This document shows positions 17,101-25,899 of a stretch of 64,000 bases of DNA, piece by piece. Made by a program: the position numbers and the translations under genes. The notes beneath the pieces were generated by a model that ran no database searches, was not told where the DNA came from, and worked only from the letters and a program-made list of their open reading frames with translations. Source of the stretch: a virus. Its lineage: Duplodnaviria > Heunggongvirae > Uroviricota > Caudoviricetes. Each line of letters begins with the position of its first letter. The stretch's first letter is position 1. The stretch lies in the IMG/VR virus record IMGVR_UViG_3300010049_000009, positions 192,001-256,000 of that record, one strand, 5' to 3'.

Positions 17101-18108
17101 TCTGACGATTTCAAACGTAACAAATACAAAGGAAGAATATCAAGTGCTTCCGGCGCAGGTGCAAGATTCAGTGTTTTACACGATGATTACGGAATACCTT
17201 CAAATGGAATAACTTCTGACTTCTACGCATTTTGGGCTGGTTTTGAAACAATGGCTAACCCATTTGCAACCCCGATAAATGTTTTGGCAACACCAGGTAT
17301 TGACTGTATCAATAACACATTGTTGTTCAAAGAAGCATTAGACGTAGTTGAAAGAGATTATAACCAAAAAACAATTTATATTGTTACAACCCCCGACAAA
17401 CCAATGGGCGCAAACGACAATCCAGCGAATATGTATTCAGCTCTTGACGTTGTAGGTAATTTGGATGTTGCGGAAATTGATAGTTCTTATGTTGCGACTT
17501 ATTATCCTTGGTGTCAGTATTTCGATGCTAACGAACAAAAGGCGGTATTCTTACCACCAACAAAAGATATTATCAAGTTGATTGCTCAAATTGACAATAC
17601 TTCATATTCTTGGTATCCTGCTGCGGGTATAAATAATGGTCAAATAGACTGTATCGGTCCTCGTAAAATTCTGAAAATGGAAGAAACCGACATACTAACA
17701 GGAAGTCGTATTAACCCAATCGTTAAGTTTGCAAAACAAGGTGTATACTCTTGGGGACAAAAGAATTTGAAAGTTTCTTATGACGGCGATAGAGAACCAT
17801 TGACAAGAATTGGTGTAAGACGTATGATGATCAGAATTAAAGAATTGGTTGAACAAGCCAACAGAGGTTTGTTGTTCACTCCAAACGATATGACAACAGC
17901 CAACAAATTCCGTTCTAATACAAGCACAATTTTGAACGATGTTCGTACAAACAGAGGTATCAGCGACTACCGTATAGAAGTTGATAATTCAGTCGAAGCA
18001 CGTGAAAATAGAACACTACCGGCGAAAGTGTGGATTAAACCTAACTCAATGCTTGAATTTATCGAAATTGAATGGGTTATCACTCCGCAGGGAATGGAAA
18101 TGGTATAA
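14158..18108 (+). CDS. contractile tail sheath protein with large insertions
   Basis: N-term TPGIYQKE, GLVGETLRGPAF, LYVTRVLG. C-term ATYYPW, SWYPAAG, INPI, WGQKNL, RIGVRR, LFTPND, VWIKP..MLEFIEIEWVITP. Confidence 0.93.
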   Translation: MALTNVKGLHTTPGIYQKETEMRANRESIGGITSLGLVGETLRGPAFTPMFIDNWRNFEYVFGGTSSEQYAGSKYPRYELPYIALDYLTESTQLYVTRVLGLSGYSAGKAWLIRAIGSGEGDDMLIGVIRSRGRYIETYGLPKFSDEPVPSGKIENNVQYVVGRIEQTGENATTPIPATSAVRYAGTDYRYGQKFFGTHIAGYSGGTVFGPNGEIVSSDGLTVYGYCGTSYEYDKFLWDVKEVYISMAGETAANFTCGLSASFSNTTRAGIRCTPTDFGTFKLVCEMYSGEFVSYTVSLNPGSSDYIYNVLGGTAQGTTPIFVEELYDVALQNLVVKRATDPVNYIEGILVGTRLEVQPPDMLIPRLYDGLGSKGSDEPIIPKFRPVNAILHIPNHSLDINNLGERYLYSQAESIVTEYFDDSEQTAVFTKIVDPEVDNGKIFVVKRTLDGNGNMSYNYHYMGEQLKPFHTPDINGETEKYVFVIEDNLFYEMVNSSGGASDSAILFNADLTPGVVTKIAVKQVEEEDESKEGYTLNNVEIIIEPPLGYVPTNFTSTDRPATVKNIVIIEGRIVDIELESGGSGYTSAPGVSINYTGDLPAPPEPELEAFVGASIERVRIQHPGGGYTSRPTVTVATQPEAGGVSAVLEAVLRNGSVDRIDIINPGSGYIPQSSNIEVKVGGTDNLIQRVIGDISDYKEAYRTPVTPWVVSQMMGSFATNEVKKLFRFFTISDGATANTMCKISIQGINPNSLTFDVVVRDFYDNDGSVKILEVFRGCNLNPASSGYILNRIGDVHGSTIQRSSFIMCEVADNDTIKYAIPCGFLGYPVRQLGSDVQKPQLAFNTQVYEGIKPKRQYFGFSDITGIDVDMLTYKGRSAYTDGYYTDGFHLDSRVSDCNTVVDGENPGVDCTGTNKDLYTTGVFTWQTPPLELKGDGDEPPMLSSNEDILGTIYEDMSLRKFTLCFYGGFDGWDPYRTVRTTSDDFKRNKYKGRISSASGAGARFSVLHDDYGIPSNGITSDFYAFWAGFETMANPFATPINVLATPGIDCINNTLLFKEALDVVERDYNQKTIYIVTTPDKPMGANDNPANMYSALDVVGNLDVAEIDSSYVATYYPWCQYFDANEQKAVFLPPTKDIIKLIAQIDNTSYSWYPAAGINNGQIDCIGPRKILKMEETDILTGSRINPIVKFAKQGVYSWGQKNLKVSYDGDREPLTRIGVRRMMIRIKELVEQANRGLLFTPNDMTTANKFRSNTSTILNDVRTNRGISDYRIEVDNSVEARENRTLPAKVWIKPNSMLEFIEIEWVITPQGMEMV

Positions 18109-18124
18109 AAATCAAACTAAAATC

Positions 18125-18156
18125 AAAAAGGTGGGTATTCAACTCACCTTTTTTTT
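18125..18156 (+). terminator. intrinsic terminator
   Basis: AAAAAGGTGGGT-ATTCA-ACTCACCTTTTTTTT after the sheath gene. Confidence 0.8.
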
Positions 18157-18204
18157 ATTCAAAATATTATTAGTACTTTTATTCTAAATCTAATTGTTAA
18201 TAAT

Positions 18205-18825
18205 ATGACTGAATATACACCAAACATACAAACCTTTGCGGTTTTAAGTGCCGTTGATAACACAATTGGTAATAATTTGTTATTATCAATTACCGAAAAT
18301 GAACGCCGCACCATTAAACTATCATCTCAATTATCTGATAGATATTATGTGTTTAAATTGGTAAATAACAAACAATTCTTTGTACCCAATATAGCACGTT
18401 CTGAAGCAATGGCGTTTGGTGTTGAATGGAACCAAACCAAAATATTTTTTGCTGAAAAAACAGAAGATATTAAAGACAGTAAAATATATGAGGGTATGAA
18501 AATAGAAGTGAAAAACCCATTTCACTTTGAATACCAAGTGGGTGATATGAGGTGTTTATTTGTTAATAAAGAAGATAAAACTGATAAATATGTAAAAACC
18601 AACTGTGAACCCTTTGTTGTACCATATTATGATAGTGTCGCTAATGGTGTTTTTGAAAATAGTCTTGAAGATACCTATTGGGTTGAAAAATATTCAGAAA
18701 AAGAAGTGGAAACCATTAATTTTCATATTAAGGAAAGTTTAGATGAAACCAAAACACGAAAATATAGGTTTCACCACAGAGGAATGATAACAAATTTAAT
18801 ACAACCGAAATGGATGAGAACGTAA
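18205..18825 (+). CDS. hypothetical protein (possible divergent SAMase/DUF3293-like fold)
   Basis: 206-aa ORF; TFAVLSA...GVEWNQTKIFF. Confidence 0.6.
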   Translation: MTEYTPNIQTFAVLSAVDNTIGNNLLLSITENERRTIKLSSQLSDRYYVFKLVNNKQFFVPNIARSEAMAFGVEWNQTKIFFAEKTEDIKDSKIYEGMKIEVKNPFHFEYQVGDMRCLFVNKEDKTDKYVKTNCEPFVVPYYDSVANGVFENSLEDTYWVEKYSEKEVETINFHIKESLDETKTRKYRFHHRGMITNLIQPKWMRT

Positions 18826-19202
18826 TGGGTTGTAATGACTTTAAAAATATAATGGAGGATTATATTTATAATTTCTATTGTTGGGTAGAAAATAATGTAA
18901 AAGAAGACCCGGAAATTCTGTGGTGTGAATGGTTGGATACATTTAAGGAATATTGTAAAAAAGTTGCCCTGAACAATATGATAAATAAAGGTGCTTATGA
19001 ATTTAAACCAAAATTATTAGAAGATAATTGTTTAAGTTGTGAATATAAAGGTGAAAACATTACCGTCATGGATTTTTACTATAGAATAAAAAGTATGAAT
19101 TGGAATTTTCACAATACGGAATCACAACGAATAATCCCCCTTAAAACAACGTTCAATGAGTGGGTGTATAGATTTATCATTTATTGTAGAAAACCTTATT
19201 AA
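18825..19202 (+). CDS. hypothetical protein
   Basis: TAATG overlap gives start at 18825 (track start 18810). Confidence 0.6.
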   Translation: MGCNDFKNIMEDYIYNFYCWVENNVKEDPEILWCEWLDTFKEYCKKVALNNMINKGAYEFKPKLLEDNCLSCEYKGENITVMDFYYRIKSMNWNFHNTESQRIIPLKTTFNEWVYRFIIYCRKPY

Positions 19203-19219
19203 AACGAAAGAAAAGTAGT

Positions 19220-19453
19220 ATGAGAAAGCGAAATAAGTTAACGAAAAGACAAATTGATGTGCTACAAACTTTAATATTCTTATTACCGTTTGTTTTGTTA
19301 TGGGCAGCACTTGTGTTATTACATTACACCGAGTTGTTTGACAACGACAATGTGTTTATAACTATCATGTTAGGGGTTTATGGCTTTGGATTAGGTGCGG
19401 CTTCGGGAAAACTCGACACATGGGTCAGAGATTACAATGATAGACACGAATAA
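19220..19453 (+). CDS. small two-TM membrane protein
   Basis: Basic N-terminus, two hydrophobic segments. Confidence 0.65.
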   Translation: MRKRNKLTKRQIDVLQTLIFLLPFVLLWAALVLLHYTELFDNDNVFITIMLGVYGFGLGAASGKLDTWVRDYNDRHE

Positions 19454-19490
19454 AAAAAATGGGGTGGATAATATCACCCCATTTAATTTT
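19452..19490. terminator. bidirectional intrinsic terminator
   Basis: AAATGGGGTG-GATAATAT-CACCCCATTT between convergent genes. Confidence 0.75.
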
Positions 19491-19498
19491 AAATATGG

Positions 19499-22400
19499 TT
19501 AGGAAGGACAGTTTGAACCTATTGCTACAATTCTAGCGGTTGGCCAAGATGGTGTTCCGTTCCCCCAATGATTAGTTGATCTATATTGGTTTATAGAACC
19601 TTCCGGTACTTTCAAACAACAATTAGTAAGTGTTATTCCACCAAATGTGTTGTTTTCAATTGCTTGTGGTACTGTGCGATTATTTATAACTTCTACTAAC
19701 GCAGTACAACCCCGAAAAACACCCACTTCTATTGTTGCAACATTACTACCAATATTTATGTTTGTTATACTTGTACAATTTTCAAAAGAACCACTTGCCG
19801 TATTACTATACGATGTGTTGTTTCCATTTAATCTTGTAACCGTATTAGGAATAAAAAGAGTTGTTAAAGAACTACAACCACGAAAAGCGGCGGCGTTAAT
19901 AGTTGTAATATTGCTTGGTATGGTTAGTGATGTTAAAGCACTACAACCCGAAAAACATGAAATAGGTATTGTTGTAAAACTACTGTGTGTTGAAAGAGTT
20001 ATTGAAGTCAATCTACTACAACCTCTGAATGGACCATCAGCGTCGGTACTACTTTGCCAACCACTACTAGACATAGTTGTAACACTATTGGGTATAACAA
20101 GTGAAGTTAAACGATTGCAATTCATAAAACAAGCCGCCCCAATTGTTGTAACAGTTTCCGGTATATTTATTGAGGTTAAAAAATTATTATTTTCAACCCC
20201 ATTATCTAGTGTACCACAATTTCTAAAAGTATATGTTCCTATGTGTGTAAAATTAGTGCTTGTTGGGAACGTTATTGAACTTAAACGAGTACAAGCATCA
20301 AATGTATAAGACCCCACACCATTAGTACCTGTTATTGAATTAGGAAGAACTATTGAAGTCAGTTGATTACAACCTTGAAAAGTATAATTACCAACTGTTG
20401 TGAGTGAGTTTGGTAAAACTATTGAAGTTAAAAAATTATTATTTTCAACCCCACTATCTAGTGTACCACAAGATGCAAAAGTATAACCACCAATTGATGT
20501 AAGTGAATTTGAAAGAATTATTGAACTTAAACGGGTACAATTTTGAAAAGTATTACTACCAACTGTTGTGAGTGAGTTTGGTAAAACTATTGAAGTTAGA
20601 AATTTAGTTCGGTTATCCGTTAAACCATTATCTGTTACACCACAACCCCTAAAAGTATGGCTACCAATAGTTGTAAATGTGTTATTTGTTGGGAATGTTA
20701 TTGAACCTAAACGAGTACAAGCATCAAATGTGTAATTACCAACATTAATTAGTGAATTTGTTAAAACTATTGAAGTTAAAGGTGAGGTAGCATTTGTACC
20801 ACAATTATTAAAAGTATAATCACCAATACGTAACAAATTACTTGGAAGTGTTATTGAATTTAAGCGTGTGTTGTTTTGAAAAGTATAATTTCCAATTAAA
20901 GAATTTGTTGAAACAACGACCGTTGGGGGTTCAGTATACCCACTGCCACCATTACTAACACTTACGGAACCAATTACACCCTCACCTACAATACTACTTG
21001 TAGTTATATTAACAGTTGCTGTTGCACCACTACCATCTCCGCCAACAAATGAAATATCTGTGTTATTGGGTATGTATCCAACACCCCCGTTATTAACTGT
21101 AACACCTGTAACAACACCGTTAGCGTTGATATTAGCAGTTAATACTGCACCACTACCACGCCCCTTTAAACCTGTTCCAAAAACCACGCTTGGTATAAAA
21201 TTACTAAAAGCGGTAGATAAAGAGGCAAAAGCAAAATCACCAATATTTTCCAAAGAATTAGGTAAGACTAAAGCAGATTCCAATGAACGACAGTCGAAAA
21301 AGGCGTATTCCCCAATGCTTTTTAATACTTGTGTTTGTAAATTCAACACCTTTAACCCCTGACAACGATTAAATGAACTAACACCAATTGTTTCTACTCC
21401 TGTTCCGATAGTTAAATTAATCATTCCAATACAATTATGAAAAGCAAGATCAGCAATTGATTTAACTGAATTTGGTATAACAACAGGTTCTAATACGGAA
21501 CAACCTTGAAAAGCACTAACCCCAATACTTTCAACTAAATTACCAATGGTTAGATTTACCAACTTAGTACATTCAAAAAAACTATGGTTTCCAATTGTTT
21601 TTACCCCATTCCCAATTATTACTGTAACTAAATCAAGACACTGATAAAAAACATTAGTACCAAGCGTTACAACGGAATCAGGTATATTAAGGGTTGTTAT
21701 TCCTGTTGCTTGAAATGCACCCGCATCAATTTTTATAACAGAATTAGGTATAGCAGCAGATGTTAACTTAATACAGTTTTTAAATGAACTAATACCAATC
21801 TCTTTAACCGAAGTGGGGATTGTTACCGATGTTAAATTATAACAATCAACAAAAAGATTATCCTCAATTTTAGTTATTTGGTTCGGAATAATTATTGAAA
21901 TTAAACCACTACCTTGAAACGCACCAACCCCAATTTCTTTAACAGAATTAGGTATGGTTATTGTTTCTAAATTATCACAACCAAGAAAAACATGGTTTTC
22001 AATAATTTCCACTGAATTTGGTATATTTATGGTATCTAAAAAACGACATTGCCAAAAAGCATTTTGTCTAATTATTTTAACAGAATTACCTAAAACCACT
22101 GTGGTTAAATCAGTGCACCCAAAAAAAGCGTTTTGTTTAATTTCCGTAACAAGATTAGGAATAGTTATTGTTTCTAAACCACTACAACCTTGAAAAGTAA
22201 ATTCGTTTATAACTGTAATTCCTGAAGGAATAACAATACCAATTAAATTACGACATTTTCCAAAAGCACCCGCACCAATAGAAGTAACGCCGCTTGGAAT
22301 GGTGATTGCCTCCATAAGAACACAACCATAAAATGCGTTATTATCAATTTTTACTACTGTTGGGGGTATGGTAACACTTTTTAATTTTCTACAACTTTGA

Positions 22401-25400
22401 AATAACCCCATAGATATTATGGTAATACTATTTGGTAAAATCACATTAGTTAGATTATTACAAACACGGAAAGCATATGCACCTATTTCTGTAATATTGT
22501 TATTAAGTGTTATTTGTGATAAATATTCACAATCTGAAAACACAAATGAACCAATTTCTGTGATATTATTAGGGATAATAATATTAAGTAAACCACTACC
22601 AAAGAAAACACCTTCCTCAATTTTTGTATAAGTTATTGAAGTTGGGAGAGTAATATATTCCAACTTTATACATCTTTGAAAACAATATTTTCCTATTTCT
22701 AATATTGAATTTGGTAAATTTATACTCTTTAAAACAACACAATTTCTAAAAGCAAAATTACCTATTATTTTAATTGTATTCGGAAGAACAACAATCTCTA
22801 ATCCCGAACACCCTTGAAAAGCACGATCCTCAATCACTTCAAGTGAATTACCAATAGTAATTTCCTCCAAAGACGTTGAATTGATAAAAGTATTTTCTTT
22901 AATTTCTTTAACCATATTACCAATAACAACTTTTTTCAATCCTTGTGGAAATAATGCCCATGTACCCTCACGATATAATATCATTCCAATATATACTTCT
23001 TCAATTGGACTATTATTAAACGGTGTATTGTTTCCCAACATTGTTAATACCCCCTCACCATCATTGAAAGTAACAATTCTTAATCTAATACACCCATGAA
23101 AAGCATTAGTTCCCAATGTTATTACTGAATTTGGTATTATTACAGAAGTTAATCCTATACAACCCGAAAATGCATCAACATCAATAATTTCTACTGAATT
23201 ACCAATTATTACAGAAGTTAATCCTATACAACCCTGAAATGCACCAACACCCAATGTTATTACTGAATTTGGTATTATTACAGAAGTTAATCCTATACAA
23301 CCCTGAAATGCACCAACACCCAATGTTATTACTGAATTTGGTATTATTACAGAAGTTAATCTTGTACAACCCTGAAATGCGCTCACCCCAATTTCTTCTA
23401 CTGAATTACCAATAGTTAGATTAACTAAATTAGTGCGTGTAGTAAAAGCATTATTTACAATTGTTGTAACAGTATTACCAATAATAACACTTCTTATGGG
23501 TAAATTAAATAACGCCCATGTTCCGTTATTCCGAATAATATTTCTTCCAATATATACCTCTTCAATTGGGCAACCATTAAATGTGCTACTACTATCTGTT
23601 GCATTATTTCCACTACCGTTTAGTGTCAAAAGTGTTGCACCATCATTTATTGTTAATTTTCGTAATTTTGCACAACCAGCAAAAACATTTTGGGATATTG
23701 AAGTCACTGAACCACCAATAACAACATCTTCTAACGAAGTACAACCATTAAATGCAAAATCACCCAATGTTGTAAGCGATTCCCCTATTGTGATATCCAA
23801 TAAACCTGTACAACTTTGAAATGCGCCGTGTGTACTACTATTATTTCCACCACCAATTGTTGTTACAGTATTTGGTATTGTCACAGAAGTTAAACCGAAA
23901 CAATTTCTAAATGCACTATGTTCTATTGTTGTGAGACTATTACCAAAAATTGCGGTTAATAAACTTGTACAACCGGAAAATGCTGTGTGCCCAATTGTTG
24001 TAACATTATTTGGAATAACCAATGAAATTAGGTTTGCACAACCCTGAAAAGCATTGTTTCCTATTGTTACAACCGAATTACCAATTGTAACATCAATTAA
24101 ATTACCACACGATTGAAAGGCATTATTACCTATTCTTGTAACAGCATTACCAATATGAATAGAAAATGTGTTTGTACACGATTGAAAGGCATTATTACCT
24201 ATTTCAGTAATATTTCTACCAACAATTATTCTTCTAACATTGCTATAATGTGTGTTATTTCTCCATGGTTGAGAAGCACTATTATCTGAAATAATCCCTT
24301 CCCCTTGAACACATAAAGCGTAGTTATGACATATTTTCCATGTTACACTACCAACTGTCCCCGATGCCAATGGTTCTTCACAATAACAAAATTCTTCTTC
24401 AATATCAAATGCTTCAATATTTTGAAAATTTCTCCAAATATTTGCTACCTTGTAAGATGTAAGTGATTCTGCTGGTACTAAAACTAAACAAGTGTTATAA
24501 TTCACACCGTGTTCAAAAACCGTTTGATTAATTACTTGTGGTGTCATCGCATAATTAGCAATTCTACTTAAAGATGGGCAATAAGCAAATGCACCAGGTC
24601 CAATATTTATACAGGATTCACCGAGAGTGATACTATTTAATAAAGTACATCCAACAAAACACTCCCTACCTAACGTGTTAGTTAAAAATGGTAGATTGGC
24701 ACTAACCAAACTTCTACAATTAGCAAATGCACCATCCCCAATTCTTTCAACTAAATTACCAATAGTTATGTTTGTTAAACTAAAACAATCTTTAAAAGCA
24801 GCATCATCAACCGTTCTAACTGAATTTGGTATATTAAATTGTGTTAAACTTTTACATTCAGCAAAAGCAAATGCGCCAATACTCCTAACAAGTCTTCCGA
24901 TAGTTACATTTGCTAAATCATCACATCTTAAAAAAAGATTATCAGATATTATAGTAACCGAATCGGGAATTATCATTTCTTTTAACTTCCAATTATGTGC
25001 AAACGCACTTTTCCCAAGTGTTGTAACCGAATTGGGAAGTTTCATTTCAGTAATTTTTTCCAACCCCGAAAGCGCACTATTACCAATTGTAACAACCGAA
25101 TTTCCGATTGTTATTACAGATACATTTTTACAACCCATAAAAGCGTGATTACCTATTGTTGTAACCGAATTGGGTATAGTGATTTCAGTTAAACTTTCAC
25201 ACCCCAAAAATGCGTCATCCCCAATAGATATTACTGAATTAGGGATAGTAAGATAAAATACTTTGGAAAATTCATCAAAAGCGTGATTACCTATTGTTGT
25301 AACACCTCTTCCTATGATAATTCTTTCGACTACATTCGCATATTCTCTCCATTCACCAACTATTTCTTCCGGCATTGGTCCATTACCCAATATACACAAA

Positions 25401-25864
25401 GATTTATAAGCAGGACATATTCCCCAAGTTAAATTTCCGATTACACCGGTTGCCAACTTATCATCGCAAATACAAAACACCTCTTCTTCATCATACCATA
25501 TTTCGTTTATCATTTCACCCAAAACATTTGCTAAAACAGTGGCGGTAATTTCATTAACGATTTTAGTCTGAATAGAATTAAGAAGGGTATTCACAGATTT
25601 TTCTTCATGAAACCACAACCTTTCTGTTATTCCAACAAGAAGGTTGCGCATAGTTTCATCTTTAATGGGGTGCATTAAAGTATTTATCGGTAGAGAACCA
25701 TTGATTTGCGTTTTCAATAATTCTTCGTAAACCAATCCTTTTTCACCACACACATAATGTATAATATCATATAAACATTCTCGCGCAATTTGTGCTGTCA
25801 CTAGTTTAGACGTGTTTTGATATATTTTAGATTCAACAATACCAATTAAAATTTCTCTTGTCAT
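19499..25864 (-). CDS. 2121-aa BspA/TpLRR-type leucine-rich repeat protein
   Basis: Dozens of 23-aa repeats (LTSxxIPNSVTxIGxxAFxGC); two N-caps and two C-caps; no signal peptide. Confidence 0.92.
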   Translation of the reverse strand: MTREILIGIVESKIYQNTSKLVTAQIARECLYDIIHYVCGEKGLVYEELLKTQINGSLPINTLMHPIKDETMRNLLVGITERLWFHEEKSVNTLLNSIQTKIVNEITATVLANVLGEMINEIWYDEEEVFCICDDKLATGVIGNLTWGICPAYKSLCILGNGPMPEEIVGEWREYANVVERIIIGRGVTTIGNHAFDEFSKVFYLTIPNSVISIGDDAFLGCESLTEITIPNSVTTIGNHAFMGCKNVSVITIGNSVVTIGNSALSGLEKITEMKLPNSVTTLGKSAFAHNWKLKEMIIPDSVTIISDNLFLRCDDLANVTIGRLVRSIGAFAFAECKSLTQFNIPNSVRTVDDAAFKDCFSLTNITIGNLVERIGDGAFANCRSLVSANLPFLTNTLGRECFVGCTLLNSITLGESCINIGPGAFAYCPSLSRIANYAMTPQVINQTVFEHGVNYNTCLVLVPAESLTSYKVANIWRNFQNIEAFDIEEEFCYCEEPLASGTVGSVTWKICHNYALCVQGEGIISDNSASQPWRNNTHYSNVRRIIVGRNITEIGNNAFQSCTNTFSIHIGNAVTRIGNNAFQSCGNLIDVTIGNSVVTIGNNAFQGCANLISLVIPNNVTTIGHTAFSGCTSLLTAIFGNSLTTIEHSAFRNCFGLTSVTIPNTVTTIGGGNNSSTHGAFQSCTGLLDITIGESLTTLGDFAFNGCTSLEDVVIGGSVTSISQNVFAGCAKLRKLTINDGATLLTLNGSGNNATDSSSTFNGCPIEEVYIGRNIIRNNGTWALFNLPIRSVIIGNTVTTIVNNAFTTRTNLVNLTIGNSVEEIGVSAFQGCTRLTSVIIPNSVITLGVGAFQGCIGLTSVIIPNSVITLGVGAFQGCIGLTSVIIGNSVEIIDVDAFSGCIGLTSVIIPNSVITLGTNAFHGCIRLRIVTFNDGEGVLTMLGNNTPFNNSPIEEVYIGMILYREGTWALFPQGLKKVVIGNMVKEIKENTFINSTSLEEITIGNSLEVIEDRAFQGCSGLEIVVLPNTIKIIGNFAFRNCVVLKSINLPNSILEIGKYCFQRCIKLEYITLPTSITYTKIEEGVFFGSGLLNIIIPNNITEIGSFVFSDCEYLSQITLNNNITEIGAYAFRVCNNLTNVILPNSITIISMGLFQSCRKLKSVTIPPTVVKIDNNAFYGCVLMEAITIPSGVTSIGAGAFGKCRNLIGIVIPSGITVINEFTFQGCSGLETITIPNLVTEIKQNAFFGCTDLTTVVLGNSVKIIRQNAFWQCRFLDTINIPNSVEIIENHVFLGCDNLETITIPNSVKEIGVGAFQGSGLISIIIPNQITKIEDNLFVDCYNLTSVTIPTSVKEIGISSFKNCIKLTSAAIPNSVIKIDAGAFQATGITTLNIPDSVVTLGTNVFYQCLDLVTVIIGNGVKTIGNHSFFECTKLVNLTIGNLVESIGVSAFQGCSVLEPVVIPNSVKSIADLAFHNCIGMINLTIGTGVETIGVSSFNRCQGLKVLNLQTQVLKSIGEYAFFDCRSLESALVLPNSLENIGDFAFASLSTAFSNFIPSVVFGTGLKGRGSGAVLTANINANGVVTGVTVNNGGVGYIPNNTDISFVGGDGSGATATVNITTSSIVGEGVIGSVSVSNGGSGYTEPPTVVVSTNSLIGNYTFQNNTRLNSITLPSNLLRIGDYTFNNCGTNATSPLTSIVLTNSLINVGNYTFDACTRLGSITFPTNNTFTTIGSHTFRGCGVTDNGLTDNRTKFLTSIVLPNSLTTVGSNTFQNCTRLSSIILSNSLTSIGGYTFASCGTLDSGVENNNFLTSIVLPNSLTTVGNYTFQGCNQLTSIVLPNSITGTNGVGSYTFDACTRLSSITFPTSTNFTHIGTYTFRNCGTLDNGVENNNFLTSINIPETVTTIGAACFMNCNRLTSLVIPNSVTTMSSSGWQSSTDADGPFRGCSRLTSITLSTHSSFTTIPISCFSGCSALTSLTIPSNITTINAAAFRGCSSLTTLFIPNTVTRLNGNNTSYSNTASGSFENCTSITNINIGSNVATIEVGVFRGCTALVEVINNRTVPQAIENNTFGGITLTNCCLKVPEGSINQYRSTNHWGNGTPSWPTARIVAIGSNCPS
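23205..23361. repeat. exact 69-bp tandem repeat (~2.3 copies) = one LRR unit
   Basis: Copies start at 23205, 23274 and 23343. Confidence 0.85.
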
Positions 25865-25883
25865 TTTACTTTAATTTATTTAT

Positions 25884-25892
25884 TATAAATAT
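25884..25892 (-). promoter_or_regulatory. putative late promoter motif ATATTTATA
   Basis: About 20 nt upstream of the LRR gene start. Confidence 0.45.
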
Positions 25893-25899
25893 TATTTTT

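Noticed and set aside
23110-23400. CRISPR-like array
   Set aside because: The repeats are contiguous 69-bp coding units with no unique spacers, and no cas genes are seen.
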